A model generated the notes under the pieces. The model had not been told where the DNA came from. It searched no databases and saw only the letters and a program-made list of their open reading frames with translations. Below, piece by piece: positions 1-13,503 of a stretch of 64,000 nucleotides of DNA; the stretch's first letter is position 1; every line of letters starts with the position of its first letter. The stretch spans positions 14,074,001 to 14,138,000 of the forward strand of contig CM022679.1 of NCBI GenBank assembly GCA_012295275.1, in the 5' to 3' direction. The position numbers and the translations under genes are program-made. Source of the DNA: Chrysomallon squamiferum. Lineage: Eukaryota > Animalia > Mollusca.

Positions 1-2945
1 AAGTTCCAGGTTAAATATTATCATAAAAATTAATATCATGCTAAATAAATGATTTTAAAAACTGTCCTTGATTTTTAAATTTAAAATTTGAAATACAGGC
101 AGGAAAAAAAAATAAATACAAGAATAATAAAAGGTAATAACGATAAATAAATAAATAAATAAATAAAAATAAATAAAAAATAATTAGCATTTTTAAAATT
201 ATATTCATTTGAATGATCCAAATTATACATTTTTTCATAGCATCTAAATATATTTATTCTTTTATTTTTTTAATTTTATTTTACATATGCTTTTTTATTG
301 TTCAGAAACAAATAATAAAAAAGAACACATAAATAAAATAAAATAAAATAAAATAAATAAATAAATAAAATAGATAATAAAAATTAATAAATGAAAAAAT
401 AAAATAAATTATGCATAATTAATTTTTCCACAGGTACTTAACATTTAAATATCAGTGTGGCTGTAACTGTGTGAATGTTTATTTAATGACAGTGTTTATG
501 TGTTTGGCTGGAACTGTCTGTGAAATGATGGTTCAGAAACCACTGGAAGTCTGTCTGTACCACTCCCTAAACACAGACTGATATTAATTCTCAGCAAAGA
601 ATTGTTTTCCTTTTTTTTTATAAACAGAAAAGAATGTAAAGATAACACCATTCTGGAGCTCTTGTTGGAACAGGAAATGTTTCTTGATTAGGATGTATCT
701 TGGGATCTATCTTGTATGTCTTGAGCTCTGAACTTTGATCCAAAGTTTCTTCCAGACGACCTAGTGTCTGAATTAATGGTGTATGCATGCCTGTTCTGGC
801 ACATATTTTGATGGAATCAGCAATGTTATCAAATTATGTATTAAATCAGCTATTTGAAATGTTCTCGTATCAACTGAATTCTTATTCACGGGCACGAACA
901 AAAGTCTGAATTGTCAAACATAATGTAAATGTGTTAGATGGTTGGTTAGTTAGAGAGGATGATTGTGGTCTGACAGTTATCTCTGGAAAGGAGCTAATTG
1001 TGGTCTCGATCACAGAACCTACACATCTAAAGGCTGGAGGTTTAACCACTGTGTTATTAATACAGGTCCACTAAATGCCAACAAGTGTCCTTTCATCTGT
1101 AATGTGATTCTCCCACTCAGTCGTGGAAATAATCAAACTGTCACCCAGATCATGGTAACATGATTTTGATTATTATTTGAAATGCTTTGTCCCTGGTCTT
1201 GCCTAATCACATTTTTGACATTCATCCTAACTGATACATGTTTCCAAAGCTTTAAAAATGAATAAGCTAAAATAGCATAGAAAGAGGGAAATTTAATTTG
1301 TTATATTCTAATCATTTTGAAAAAAAAAAAACCCAACTCTCTTCATATTCAGAAAAGAAGAAAAAGATTATTTTACAAATTAGCCAATTTCTTTTGAAGG
1401 AAGAATAAATGTGGTCACAGCTGAAAATCTTAAACTGACACCCACTGTAATTTTAAAAAGGTAATAATTTTCATTTGCCATCAGCATTTCTTGACATCCA
1501 GAATAACAATCTAGAGTCTGTTACAGAAGAAAGGCAATGAAGAAAGAAAACTGAAAAAAAAAAAAAGAAGAAAAAAAAGAAAAAGAAGTCATTTTGGGAC
1601 TGTAGGTCTGTGTGTAGGAGGTCTCATCAAACAGTTTTCTGCGAGACCCTATTAATAATACTAGTGGGTGATTTTCCTATTCCAGCTAAATGAGTGAATC
1701 TGCAATGAAATTAACACAACTCTGAAACAGGTTCAGCGTGTGTGGAGCTTGATCGCTTGATGCCCACTAATTATTAAGTTTCCACCGCGGGAATCGATGG
1801 GTTCCATTATCCATGATGGTTCCTGTGTAACCAGATCAATGTTTTCTAGCAACATATTAGTTATTTGCCGTCGCAACTGTTAGTGAAGAGACCGCCGCAG
1901 AAATTTCCATTATTTTAGCATGTTTCGCAAAACAAATTGGCAGCTAAAACTAAGTTGGCTTTCAGGGCAATCAATCAAGTTAAATCTCATTTCTTATGTG
2001 TGTTAGTCCCGAGTTACATTATCAGGCTTAGAGCCAAGTGATGGATTGGAATAAATATGTCACCAATAGCTTCCAGCACAATCACAGTAAATTAATATAT
2101 CTGTGTGTGTACTTGCACAACTCAGAGATAATTTTTTTTTCTTCTTTTTTTTTTCATAGATGAACCAGAGTGATGTCTTAATTTGGACAGATTATTAGTT
2201 TTTCTTTGTGATGTTGGGATATACCTCGTTAGTCAGATTGTGGGCAACTGTTTGTTTGTAAATTGAGTCTTTGAAATGTCTTCTGTTCGGTTGTTTAATT
2301 TATCTCACGTTTCTAGATTCAGGATGCATTGTAATATCTCTGGAGTCTAATAATTGTCACTGTTCTTGTTTTGTTTCATAATACATTAGCATTTTTGTTT
2401 GTTTGTTCGTTTTTTTTTTTCTCTATTTCTTTTTTACTCAGATCTTTTACATTAATACCGAAAATTGTTTCTGAATATCTTATAAATTCCTCACGGTATA
2501 TTTACTTATTTTGAATAAGTTTTATGTTTAGAATCCAGTTTTCAATAATTTATCATTAAAATCTGAATGTGAAAATGCTCTTTGGTTATTAAAATTTTTC
2601 AATAATGTTATCTATTGAAATTTGTTACTATTCATTTGTTCTGTAAATATCCATTAGAAATCTTATCTTTATTATACAGATCCACGGATGAGAAAACATT
2701 TTAAAATAAATTTAAATAAATATAATTAATTTTTATTACTTTTTTTTATTCAATAATACTATAAAATGATAGTTTTTTGTCAATGTCTGATGTTTGTTAT
2801 TTCTGAAACTCATTATAATTATAGTTGCAAGAAATCTTTCTATATGTATAGGCAAGGTATGACATATGATAGCTTCTGATAAATGGTTATGGGTATTGGT
2901 TTCTAAGTGATAACCTAATGAAGAAGAATTACCAATAATAGCTCT

Positions 2946-3000
2946 TGCTCAGTGGTTAAAACAACAGGACTGAGGCATGATAGATCAGAGGATCAATCTC
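2946..3000 (+). mobile_element. tRNA-derived SINE head (decayed)
   Basis: A-box-like GCTCAGTGGTTAAA and B-box-like GGATCAATCT ~45 nt apart. No intact cloverleaf. Confidence 0.45.
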
Positions 3001-3007
3001 TCTATAC

Positions 3008-3329
3008 CAAAGATTTTCAAACTGTCATATGATGTAGTTACCTGGAGCTTCTTGAACACAAATCAGAAGTGGTGGAATCAAAAAGAAAAAACAGTGTCTG
3101 TACAGAAGGCCATTTAAAGAATAAAAATCACCCTTGTCCTCAACCATTTTTTAAATTATTTTTTATTATTTTCAAGGATTATAATTTTGCATGATGTGTT
3201 TTCCAATTAAAGTACATTTTGTTCACATTTTTAACTGACCATGCTCTGCCACGATATTGTGAAAGGATATGCATCAATTAAATATTTTCTCCAAGGGGGT
3301 GCAATTAGAAAAATGTTTGAAAACCTCTG
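3008..3329. mobile_element. Decayed non-autonomous hAT (Charlie-like) MITE
   Basis: Terminal inverted repeats CAAAGATTTTCAAAC (3008-3022) and GTTTGAAAACCTCTG (3315-3329), 13/15 match. The 8-bp flanks CTCTATAC / CTGGATAG (5/8) resemble a decayed TSD. Confidence 0.5.
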
Positions 3330-3354
3330 CTGGATAGCTTGCCTGCAGGGTTAT

Positions 3355-3430
3355 ACTTTTATCAAAGGCCATTGGTTGGGCTTGGGCTTTCCTGACATTA
3401 GGCAATGCATATTAAAAGATTCTAGATGTT
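3355..3430 (+). mobile_element. SINE body fragment (continuation after the MITE)
   Basis: atcaaaggcc...gctttcctgacattaggcaatgcatattaaaagattc resembles the copies at ~21.6 kb and ~37.0 kb. Confidence 0.45.
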
Positions 3431-4228
3431 TATCAAAAAAAAAAAAAAAAAAAAAAAAGTAAGCTGTTATTGACTGATTTTACTTCCATTCCATATATAT
3501 GTAAATGCAGATCTGAAATTCTTTCATTATAATATCTATATTCATATTAAAAAATTAAATCTGCAGTGGTGAAGTGCTGATGAATAATTTTTGTATTTTA
3601 TTTCTTTCATTTCAGTATAGAATAGTAAATAGATTAAATAATCTGGGCAGTTTGTGATAGATTTCTAAAGTTTTTTTTAGAATATAATATTGTTTTTGTT
3701 GTATAACACAATTCTGACTGGCTGAAATTTTCATACTGTTTTAATTTTATCACTGGCAAATGGTGTTGAATTTTGTTTGAGTTTTTCCACTACATTTCTA
3801 CTTGCAGATATACAAATCTTTATAATTAATGTTCAGTTGTTTTTTTTTTTTTTTTTTTTTTTTTGTTAAGAGTATTTTCATAGTTATATTGTTCCCTATT
3901 TTATTTATATTTCATTGTTTTTTTCAATCCAGTATTCATTCATTTACTCACTTATTACTTCACAATACCATTATTTATAATTTCATTAAATGATATTCAT
4001 CCAATCAAATGTCAAAATGGTAAAACAAAAGTCATTTCACAATCATCACAACAGAAGAAACTGCAGAGTTTCCTCCCTTCATCCACGAAAAAGAACTCTT
4101 TTGTCAGCACGTGAAGTATTCATGTCATGTATTACATGTTACATTTATGTTATCACCCAGTGCTGTTCTTACACACATTAACTCGCATCAAGGGCTGTTA
4201 CCAAACTGAACTCTTTATCAATGGCGGG

Positions 4229-4264
<36 letters not shown>

Positions 4265-4816
4265 CTTTTCTTCGTGCTGGCTTTTAAGCACACACACTGT
4301 AAGCAGACGGCAAAGTTATCTTGAGCAGACGCAGCAGCTTAACCCACCATGGGTCTGGTAATATCCACTCTCTTGGTGGCTGCGTGCAGCAGTGGAGGCA
4401 GAAATAAGGAGGCCACGAAGTTAAATACTTAGGGTGGGGTGAGAATTCTTTCTTGTTAGCGGACCAACTTGGCAACTCGGTTTGTCTGTTTGTTCAGATG
4501 CCTGGAAATATTCACTATAATAAAATGAGACAATTGCAAGGCCTCCCCCACCCCAGCAAAAAAATTAAAAATATTAAAATTAAAAACAAAATTTTAAATT
4601 TTAAACAAAGAAAAAGACATGTTGTGACTCTGCAGAAAAAAAAAAAAAAAAAAAAAAAAAGAAAAGATAAGATAAAAAGAAATCTGATAACTGGTCTTGT
4701 TACAAGACAAATGTTTTATATGCAAGCATGGAGGCAGTTTGTATTTTAAGAAGCATTCAGTTGTGTTTATATATTATAATTAATAATTCATTCATGGAAA
4801 AAAATAAAAAGCAAAA

Positions 4817-4852
<36 letters not shown>

Positions 4853-7800
4853 AATAAATTAAATAATTATATAAATAAACAAATGTAGAAACTAATGTGT
4901 GTGTATGTAACTTTTATTTTACAGAGTCACCAGGTACATAACAATGCTATTTTGTTCGGTCTAATTTATAATCAAATTCATATTTATATTGTTATTATTT
5001 TGTTTGACATGTTGTTGCTGGCTAACAGCTGGGTGAATGTCATGTTTGATATTGTAACAGCAAACCCAGATAAGATCTATTACATAATTACATAAATTAT
5101 TTTCATATAAACAACATATTGTTCCGTAATAACAATAAATTAATGTTTTTAATATTTAATTTATTTGAATTTGAATATATATATATTTTTTAAATTCAGT
5201 AATTGCATAAGTGCTGAATAAGCATTGTAAATAAAATGTATAATTCATTTCCCAAAAATTTATTCCACCCCAATCTTCTTCCATACTATGTCTCTGTCAA
5301 TCCATTTAGCCAATCAATCAAGCCTCTTTCTGAAAACAATGCATCCCATCATGCATCTTTCTTTCTTTTTTTTAAAACCCTTTCCACCCATAAGTTTTAT
5401 TGTAACTCATTGTTGCATTATAAATATTTTTAGTGCAATATTATCCTTTCTATTTTTGAATTTTCATAAAAATTATGGTTCTGGCTATTTTATTTTATTT
5501 TTTTTAAATTAATATTGACACTGCATTATTTAAATCCATTTTGTTTTCTTGTATAATTCAAACAAACATATGTTACATTATTTTATTATGATTTTATTGA
5601 AATCAAATATGATTTGGTTGTATCTTTAAAGAAATAAAGATTATTATATGCAAAAATATTTAAATAGAGAAAAGTGAAAAACCAACAAAAACAAATCAAT
5701 ACAACAAAACAACAACAATAACAAAAAACAAACTGAAAAGTAAAAATTGTTGGGGTAATTGATTTTTATGAATGTTTGCATGCAAATCTTTGCTTAAAAT
5801 GCAATGATTATGTTTGTTCTGGTTAAACAGAGGTCACACCTATATCTGAAATCTCTGAGTTCTCACTGCAATTGTACTTCTGTTTTAATCACTAAATTAA
5901 ATTTGTCTTCTATACTCTGTATATATGTAAGCAACAAAATCATTCTCTATTCTAGAACGACATTCTGTTGTAACATCAGAAATTAATTTAGTATTAACTT
6001 CATTATCTTGCCTTTTAATCTTTTAACAGTATCGACTAGTTGCTTATAAATAATATATTTGTACAGACAGCAGAATGATAGCTCTGTCAATACAGAATGA
6101 TAAACAGTCAGTGTATTATAACAAACAGATTTAATTTAGTATTAATTTCAGTATCTTGTCTTATGACTGTATTAACTGTGCACACTTCTGAATAAGAGTG
6201 TGGCTGTATATTTTGGACGGACTGTAGAGCAATAAAGACCTCTTGTAGAGGTCTCACAACACGGATACCATTCCAGCTTGTTTCTCTTCATCTCTCACTT
6301 GTTGCCATTGATAAGAACAGAGCTCCTGTGTAATTCGATGCTGCCTGCCATGTGGAAGAAGTTACATCCAGTATCAGCCAGTCATTGTTAGGCTGATGCA
6401 AACAACACCTACCATCCCTGGCAGTTAGTTATCAGAGTCTGGGTAATTTCCTAGTTACAGTCGAGCATATTTAATCACCAATCTGACAGTGCCAAATTAA
6501 TAGATTTTCTTTTAACACAGATATTGCCCTGCTCCTGTTTCATACTGCTGTTATCACACAGTTATCCAATCAGATACAAGAGAATCTGTCAGCTGATGGA
6601 ATTTAAAAATTTAAATGATAGCCAGAATGTTTTGTTCTTGAAGATTTGGAATTTCCTCTCTCAGTAACTCATTTTTTTTTGTTTTTGTTTTTTTTGGTTT
6701 GTTTCTTGTTTCTTTATTTGTTAGAGTCAGAATTTTAAAATATTATTTAAAAAGTGTTGCTCATTAACTCTGGGTTATGTATTCTGAACTATTTGTTATT
6801 CATTCTGCAGAACAAAGAACAAGTCTAAAAAGAAAGAGAACAAGAGACAGAGAGATAATATTTAGTTTTAAAGTCATTAACAAGATGACAGAAGTAATTT
6901 TTAATTTTTTTATTTTTATCGCCTGTAATTATTTAATGCAAAATTATCTGTAAACAGTGAACAAAATTTCTGACAGTTTATTTTTTAAAACTCTGCCTGA
7001 GACAGACAGAAGGATATCATAAAATCAAGTATATTTAATAATAACAACAAGCAAATTTTTCTTTTTCTTTCTTTCTAAAATACACATTAGCCATATAGCA
7101 AACACATACAAAATTATAATATCATGAATATAAATGCATGCACAGTAATATGGATAATATACAAATATATTTTAATAAAAAAAAATCTAGTTACAGTACA
7201 ATAGAGTTATTAAAAAAATCAGCTTATAATGTAATGCATTTATTAAAAAAATCTGGTTAAAGTATCATGACTGTTCCGACATTTTCTTTCTTCTTCTCGT
7301 TTTATTTTCCTCTCTTATCGAGTTAGCTCTGATTTGTTGCCTCCATTCATCACAAAAGTGTTTAAGAAAGGGCTACACCATGTTGTATCCTTTGTACCGA
7401 GGCCTGTGTGTACATAGTTAAAATATCTGCCAGCACTTCCAGCTGCCTGCCCTGTAGAAGCTATTCACTGTCTTATTGAAAAGTGTTTTTCCTGTAGGTA
7501 TAAACATTATTATGTGTTAAACGGCAGATACAAGAAGGGCTTGTCAGCATGTAAAGACAGGGCCTGTATAAGAGGTGCGATTATCAACACCAGCTCACAC
7601 TGACAAACATGATTAACTTATAAGGGCAGCGGCAAAGCAGTATTTTCATGTCTTTGTTATCCCTAAATTTACTGTCAGAATAGGATCCGGATAATAATGC
7701 TACATTAGAAGGGGGTAAAGAGAAAGAAAGAGGAAAAGAGATGAATGGTGTATATTCATTATTTATTGTCCACTGGCTCACTGGTGCAGTATAAGCAATA

Positions 7801-8614
7801 ATTCCACAGTTGTGAAGTGACAATAAAGTGGTATTTTTCAATATCAAATACCCATAATTCATTGCAAGAATATAACTCAGTTAATAACAGTGCATTTGTG
7901 GACTTTTCTTTCTTGGTCATGAATTGCAAATCGAGCTTTGACTTTATAGAGTTGCATTATGGGACAATTTTGTTGAAAGCAACAATAAAAGAATAATATT
8001 TTTTTATTTTTTTTTTATGCTCTTTTGTGAATGTCTGTGTTGAGGGATAATACATAAAACATGAGAATGTTGATGTACAGAAACCAAAAACTGATCATTA
8101 AAATAAAATGGTGAACACTTTCTTGTTGTTACAGAATCTGTTCAGAAATCAATTCTCAGAAATTAACAAGATGTAGTTAAAAATAACAAACAATTGATAG
8201 GTCTCAAGCCACAGTTTTGCAAGCTGAGGCGTGCAAAAACTTGTTTCCTTTATTCAGCTCCTTACACTAAAGTTTTTCTTTACAATTTCTTTTTTTTCTT
8301 TTTTTTTTTTTCTTCTTTCTTTTTTCTTTTTCTTTGTTGACATCAGAATGATCGGATATCATTTTTGAGGTCAACATTTGAGATATTTATCTCCAGTTTT
8401 CTGGGATACAACAGCACACCATGGCTTAAACTGATAGTTTTATTTTCACATAATTAACAACATATGTTGCTTGGTTTATTATAAAAATAGAAGCTTTGTG
8501 AAGGATAAGGATATATAAAAAACAAAACACAAAAAAAAATGAAATAACAAAACTGTAAGGACAGAATAGGAACTGACATTAATAGTTAAAATATTGTTGA
8601 ATGTAAAATATAGC

Positions 8615-8653
<39 letters not shown>

Positions 8654-9509
8654 GAAACAAAGAAAAAAGAAAAGGAAAAAAAAAAAAGAGAATATTTTAA
8701 TCCATTTGTAAAAATTACAAATTGTATTGAGGAGAGGGTTTATATTTTATTTGTAATGAACTGTTCCTTCATCTCCATATACTAAAATTAATAAATACTA
8801 ATTTTAATAAATACCAAAATAAACCCAAAAAAAAAACAACACAAAAACAACCCATTACATAGATACACTCAAATATATACATACACATGCTATTTATATA
8901 GTTTCTTACATAAAAAGTACCCCCCAAAAAAAAAAGCCTGCATTTCTCATATAAACACATACAGTAAAAACATTGGTGAAAATTTCCCATAAGTGTAAAC
9001 TATTTATAAAATTTACTATATATATATATATATATATATATATTTTATTCATCCTTTATTAAAACATAACACAAAACATAGACAAAAAAAAAAAACCTCT
9101 CTCCACACACAGAGAAAATAAATCTGTGTACATGTTACACACACTTCTGTGTATATTATTATAGTGATGGTGTTAAAATCTATCACTGAGAATGCTGACA
9201 ATGTTAACAACAAATACTGTTACCTGTAAACCAGGTGAGTAACCTTTTTACCTGGTTGTTTTCAAAACAGGTTACATCTCCCTGTTATCAGATGACGATA
9301 ATGAAGTGTTAATACACTTTACACTTTCCAATCAGAATTGCTATTACCTGAAATAGTAGTATTTAGATAATCATATTTTTTTAGTATTATAAACATTATT
9401 GCAGAGGTGTTTTTTAGAGATTGTAAGAATAATTATTAGTTTAGAAGAGTTTAGAGAAAACCTTTACATTATTTAGACAACCTGATAATGTTTGTGATAT
9501 ATATTAATT

Positions 9510-10110
9510 ATCTTCTGTAGAGAAAAATACATTTCCTAAAATATTATTTAGAGGTCATTCTTTCTGATCAGAGCAATTATTTTATACGTAATTATTTAAT
9601 AACCATATTTTGTGATCAGATAATTACTTTATACAGTATATATCAAGAAACCATACTTTCTGATAAGAATAATTTTTCCAGTATTACATAGAAACCATAA
9701 TACCTTCTGATCAGAATATTTACATCATAGAGACCATAACCTTCGGACCAGAATAATTATTTATATTATTTAGAAACCAAACTTTCTTATGAGAATAACA
9801 ACTTTGTTCTGTATTTTTTAGAAACCATATTACTCTCTGATCACTAGATCAAAATATAATAATTCGTATGAAACAGTATGTTCTGATTAAAACTTATTAC
9901 TTATAGACGACACAAATCCTTTTAGGACAACTTACGTCTAAAAATACTGAGTGGCCATACTTTTTTCACTGAACAATTACTACTTGCATTAACATACAAA
10001 AGTATATCAGTGACACTTAATGGCTGTTAATATTGTAATGTGTCGAGGTGCCATTAAACAGTTATTGATCACCAAGCTGTTGTTTGGAAGCCGTACTTTC
10101 TGATTAAAGC
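9510..10110. repeat. Degenerate minisatellite, ~45 bp unit (agaaaccatactttctgatcagaataatt)
   Basis: Recurrent gaaaccata...ttctgatcaga motifs, many with a palindromic TCTGATCAGA core. Confidence 0.7.
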
Positions 10111-10199
10111 CAGTTTTACAATAACGTAGACCACCATTGTTAACCTGCCACTCAATTCAGATCGATACAGAATCAATTATTATCATATCATATACTTGA

Positions 10200-10560
10200 A
10201 TTATTTAGAGACCACACTCAATGTAAACATGTTTTCGATTCTGATTCTGTTAACATTATTCAGAGCCTATGAGTACTGTAAACATATTTTGTATTATTAT
10301 TATTATTATTATGTTCAGAGCATAACTAATGTAAATATTTTTTTTATTATTGTTATTGTAAACATATTCTGGATTCATATTCTGTTAGGATTATTTAGTA
10401 ATGCAAACATATGTATTTATTATTATTTTATTTACAGTATTTAGAGGTGATCATTATTGTAAACATGTTTTCAATTCTCTTTGTGCCTAATTCTGTTATT
10501 AATATTTGTGGTAATTAGTGTTAACATATTTCATATCTATATTTAGAGACATGGGCAATA
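10200..10560. repeat. Degenerate tandem repeat (tttagag...tgtaaacatattt)
   Basis: Recurrent tcagag/ttagag and gtaaacat motifs at ~55-65 bp spacing. Confidence 0.5.
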
Positions 10561-12230
10561 TTATTTTATTATTTTTATATTTATCAGTGTCAGTCTATAG
10601 AAGTGTATTCATTACATTTTTGCTAAAAATTGTCCATATTTAAAGTTACTATAATTTTAAAAATAAACAACCAACAAAACAAATCGTGATGACCTTTGCT
10701 GGGCCAGACCAACTGATAACTCACTCAGTGGAAATACACCTGAAAAGAAAATGAAAAAAAAACAACAAAAAAACAGAGAAAAAGAATCTTCTTTAAGTTG
10801 TAATCAGTGTTCAGGGTGTTATTTAATCTGAGGTTTAGGGTGGTGTGGGTTTGTATCTACTAAAAATAACATTACTTTGACAGAAATAGTGTATGTGAGC
10901 CACTGGCAGGGTCAAAAAAGCATTCACAAAATGACTTTCACAAGATAAAGTTTCTCCTCTAATTTTTACCATTTAATTTATAGATAATTTTTGTGAAAAC
11001 AGATTTTATTCTTAATTCTGATATTAAAAGTAGTGGTGTGTCATCAACATTTTAATTTTTTTTTTAAACTTGTTACTTATTTATTTTAATTTTTTATTTT
11101 AGTGTTAATTTCACCAAAGTCAGTTTCACTAGCATTTGAATAACTAATTTTGCATTATTGTTGGCATTACCTATATATATATATATTCTTTTTTTTTTAG
11201 TAAGTGTTAGAAAAATATATAGCTATCTGAAATTATAGGTGAAACAGAATGATTATCCATACCTATTTTTTATAATAAAGAAATAAATTGTTAGTTATTT
11301 AATTTCAAAAATCAGATTTCATGTTTTATTTGGCACTACACATATATATTACTAAGTGTTATGAAAATCTGTAGGTAAATGGAATTACAAGTGAAATAGA
11401 ATGATTACCTATATCTATTTATTTATTTATTTATTTTTTATTATTTTATTTTTTTTCCTGTTTAAATGCCACATATTGTATGAAGTGTGTTTGTTGTATG
11501 TGTGTGTGTGTGTATTTGTGCACTTTTATGTAGGAGAATGTGTGTGGGTGTGTTGTATGTTGGTATGTGTAAATGTTTATACATAAATGTATTATGTAGG
11601 TGTCTGTCTTGAATTCTGTTGTGGATATTTTTGTATATGACTGATTAATATCTGCATGCCATATTCTAATTTCTTAAGGATTTTTTTTTCTCATTAATTA
11701 TTTTGTTTTAATTATTTCAAAACAAAACAAAAAACCATGAAAAAACCCACAACAATATATTACTTAATTAAAATAATACAGTAATGCAAACACCAATACC
11801 TGTTATTTATTTATTTACAGAGAAGTGTACATAATTACATTACTTTGTGGTTGTCTTTATAAATCCCAAAGGGGCCCTGTCAGGTTTAAATCTAATATCA
11901 CAAACTGATTACAACAAGCAACAACACTCAGCAAAAACTGTCTGGTCTGGTTATATTTATCAGTGAAAAAAAATCAATGATGCAGATCCCTTCCATTATA
12001 CCTGTGTAATTATTACAACCTCAGTACATTGCATAACTCCATTCCACTTCACTTATTGTTTTTCCCCCTCTGAAGAGTGCTACAAAGGGGAGTAAATCCT
12101 GTTGTAACACCTGAGGCTAATTCCTAACATTCCAGCCAGTGTTAAACACATTAATATGGTTCTGATTATCACTGACTGTTGTCTTGTATGCAGTCTGATC
12201 ATGTATTTTTGACTGAATCTTCCCTTGCTG

Positions 12231-12266
<36 letters not shown>

Positions 12267-13463
12267 CTTCTCTTTTCTTTGCTGCATACTTAAGTCTAAT
12301 AATAACATTTGTTTTCCATCAGCATTTCTGTGCGAAAAAGAGAAAAACATGTACATATATATTGTTTGCAGATAACTTTAGTCTTATCTGAATTCTTGAA
12401 CAGCCAGATTTCTGTAACTGTTGTAATACATTACCCCAGGTATGTTAATTATAAGCAGTAATGTGTTAGATTAATCGGTATTAAGACATTTTAATAACAG
12501 TAATAATAAAAGTGTGTGGGATGTTGACAGTAAGAGCAGCAGTGTACTATTGGTAGAATTAGTAGGAGTCAATCAAATAGTAATGGTAATAATGTTATTA
12601 CGATTACTACATCTACTTATACTACTACTACTACTACACTACTACTTCTAGTAAAATGGCGTTTGAAAGTAAGCATTACAGCTAAGTAGAAGGGGAAAAA
12701 AATCATTGTTCTGAAAAACATAGTGTTAAGAAAGTACTGAATTTATTTTGAAATTTATATCCTATTATCACTTTTAAGTTTATCGTTCATGACATTAAAT
12801 GATCTATCATGGAAATAAAAAACTAACAAAAAGCTTGTGATTAAAATAAAGATTGTGCTAAAAGCCATATTTGACAAATTAGACAAATCAATAAGTAGAA
12901 ATACATATTAATGAAAGAATGAAAAAAAAAAAAGAAGAGAGAAAATAAATAAATAAATCAAGAATCAATTAATAAATAATTATTTAGATAAAATACACAG
13001 GTAAATACATATATAACATAAATGAATACATAAAAATTAATAAATATAAATCAAGTCAATCAATCAATAAAATATAAATAAATAAACAGATTAAAAAACT
13101 AAAAATCAATAAATAATTACAAGACAAGCCACAGCAGTCTACAATTTAAAAATATTTTATTTAGCAGATCATGCTTCAGATCTTTCAGTTAAACTTTTTC
13201 CTGAATTAAAAAAAAAAATTAAAAAAAAAAAAAAAAATCTGAAGCCATTCTAAGTTGTCATTTCATCATGGTAATAAAAACAGCTTGTGTAAATCCAGAA
13301 GATGTGGCTTTATTCTTTTGAGAATTGATTTGAAAACAACAGTGCTGCTGCTGCCTGACGCTGGAGCCAGAAGCCAGCTTTTATTCTGAATTATGTCGTC
13401 TATTGATTTGCAGCACAGCAATCATCACCAATTTTTCGGCCTCGTATCATGGTAGAAAGGCTC

Positions 13464-13503
<40 letters not shown>

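Noticed and set aside
7441-7500. miR-10/miR-745-like hairpin (ccctgtaga, agctgcctg)
   Set aside because: Only seed-length similarity, and the stem is weak and GU-rich.
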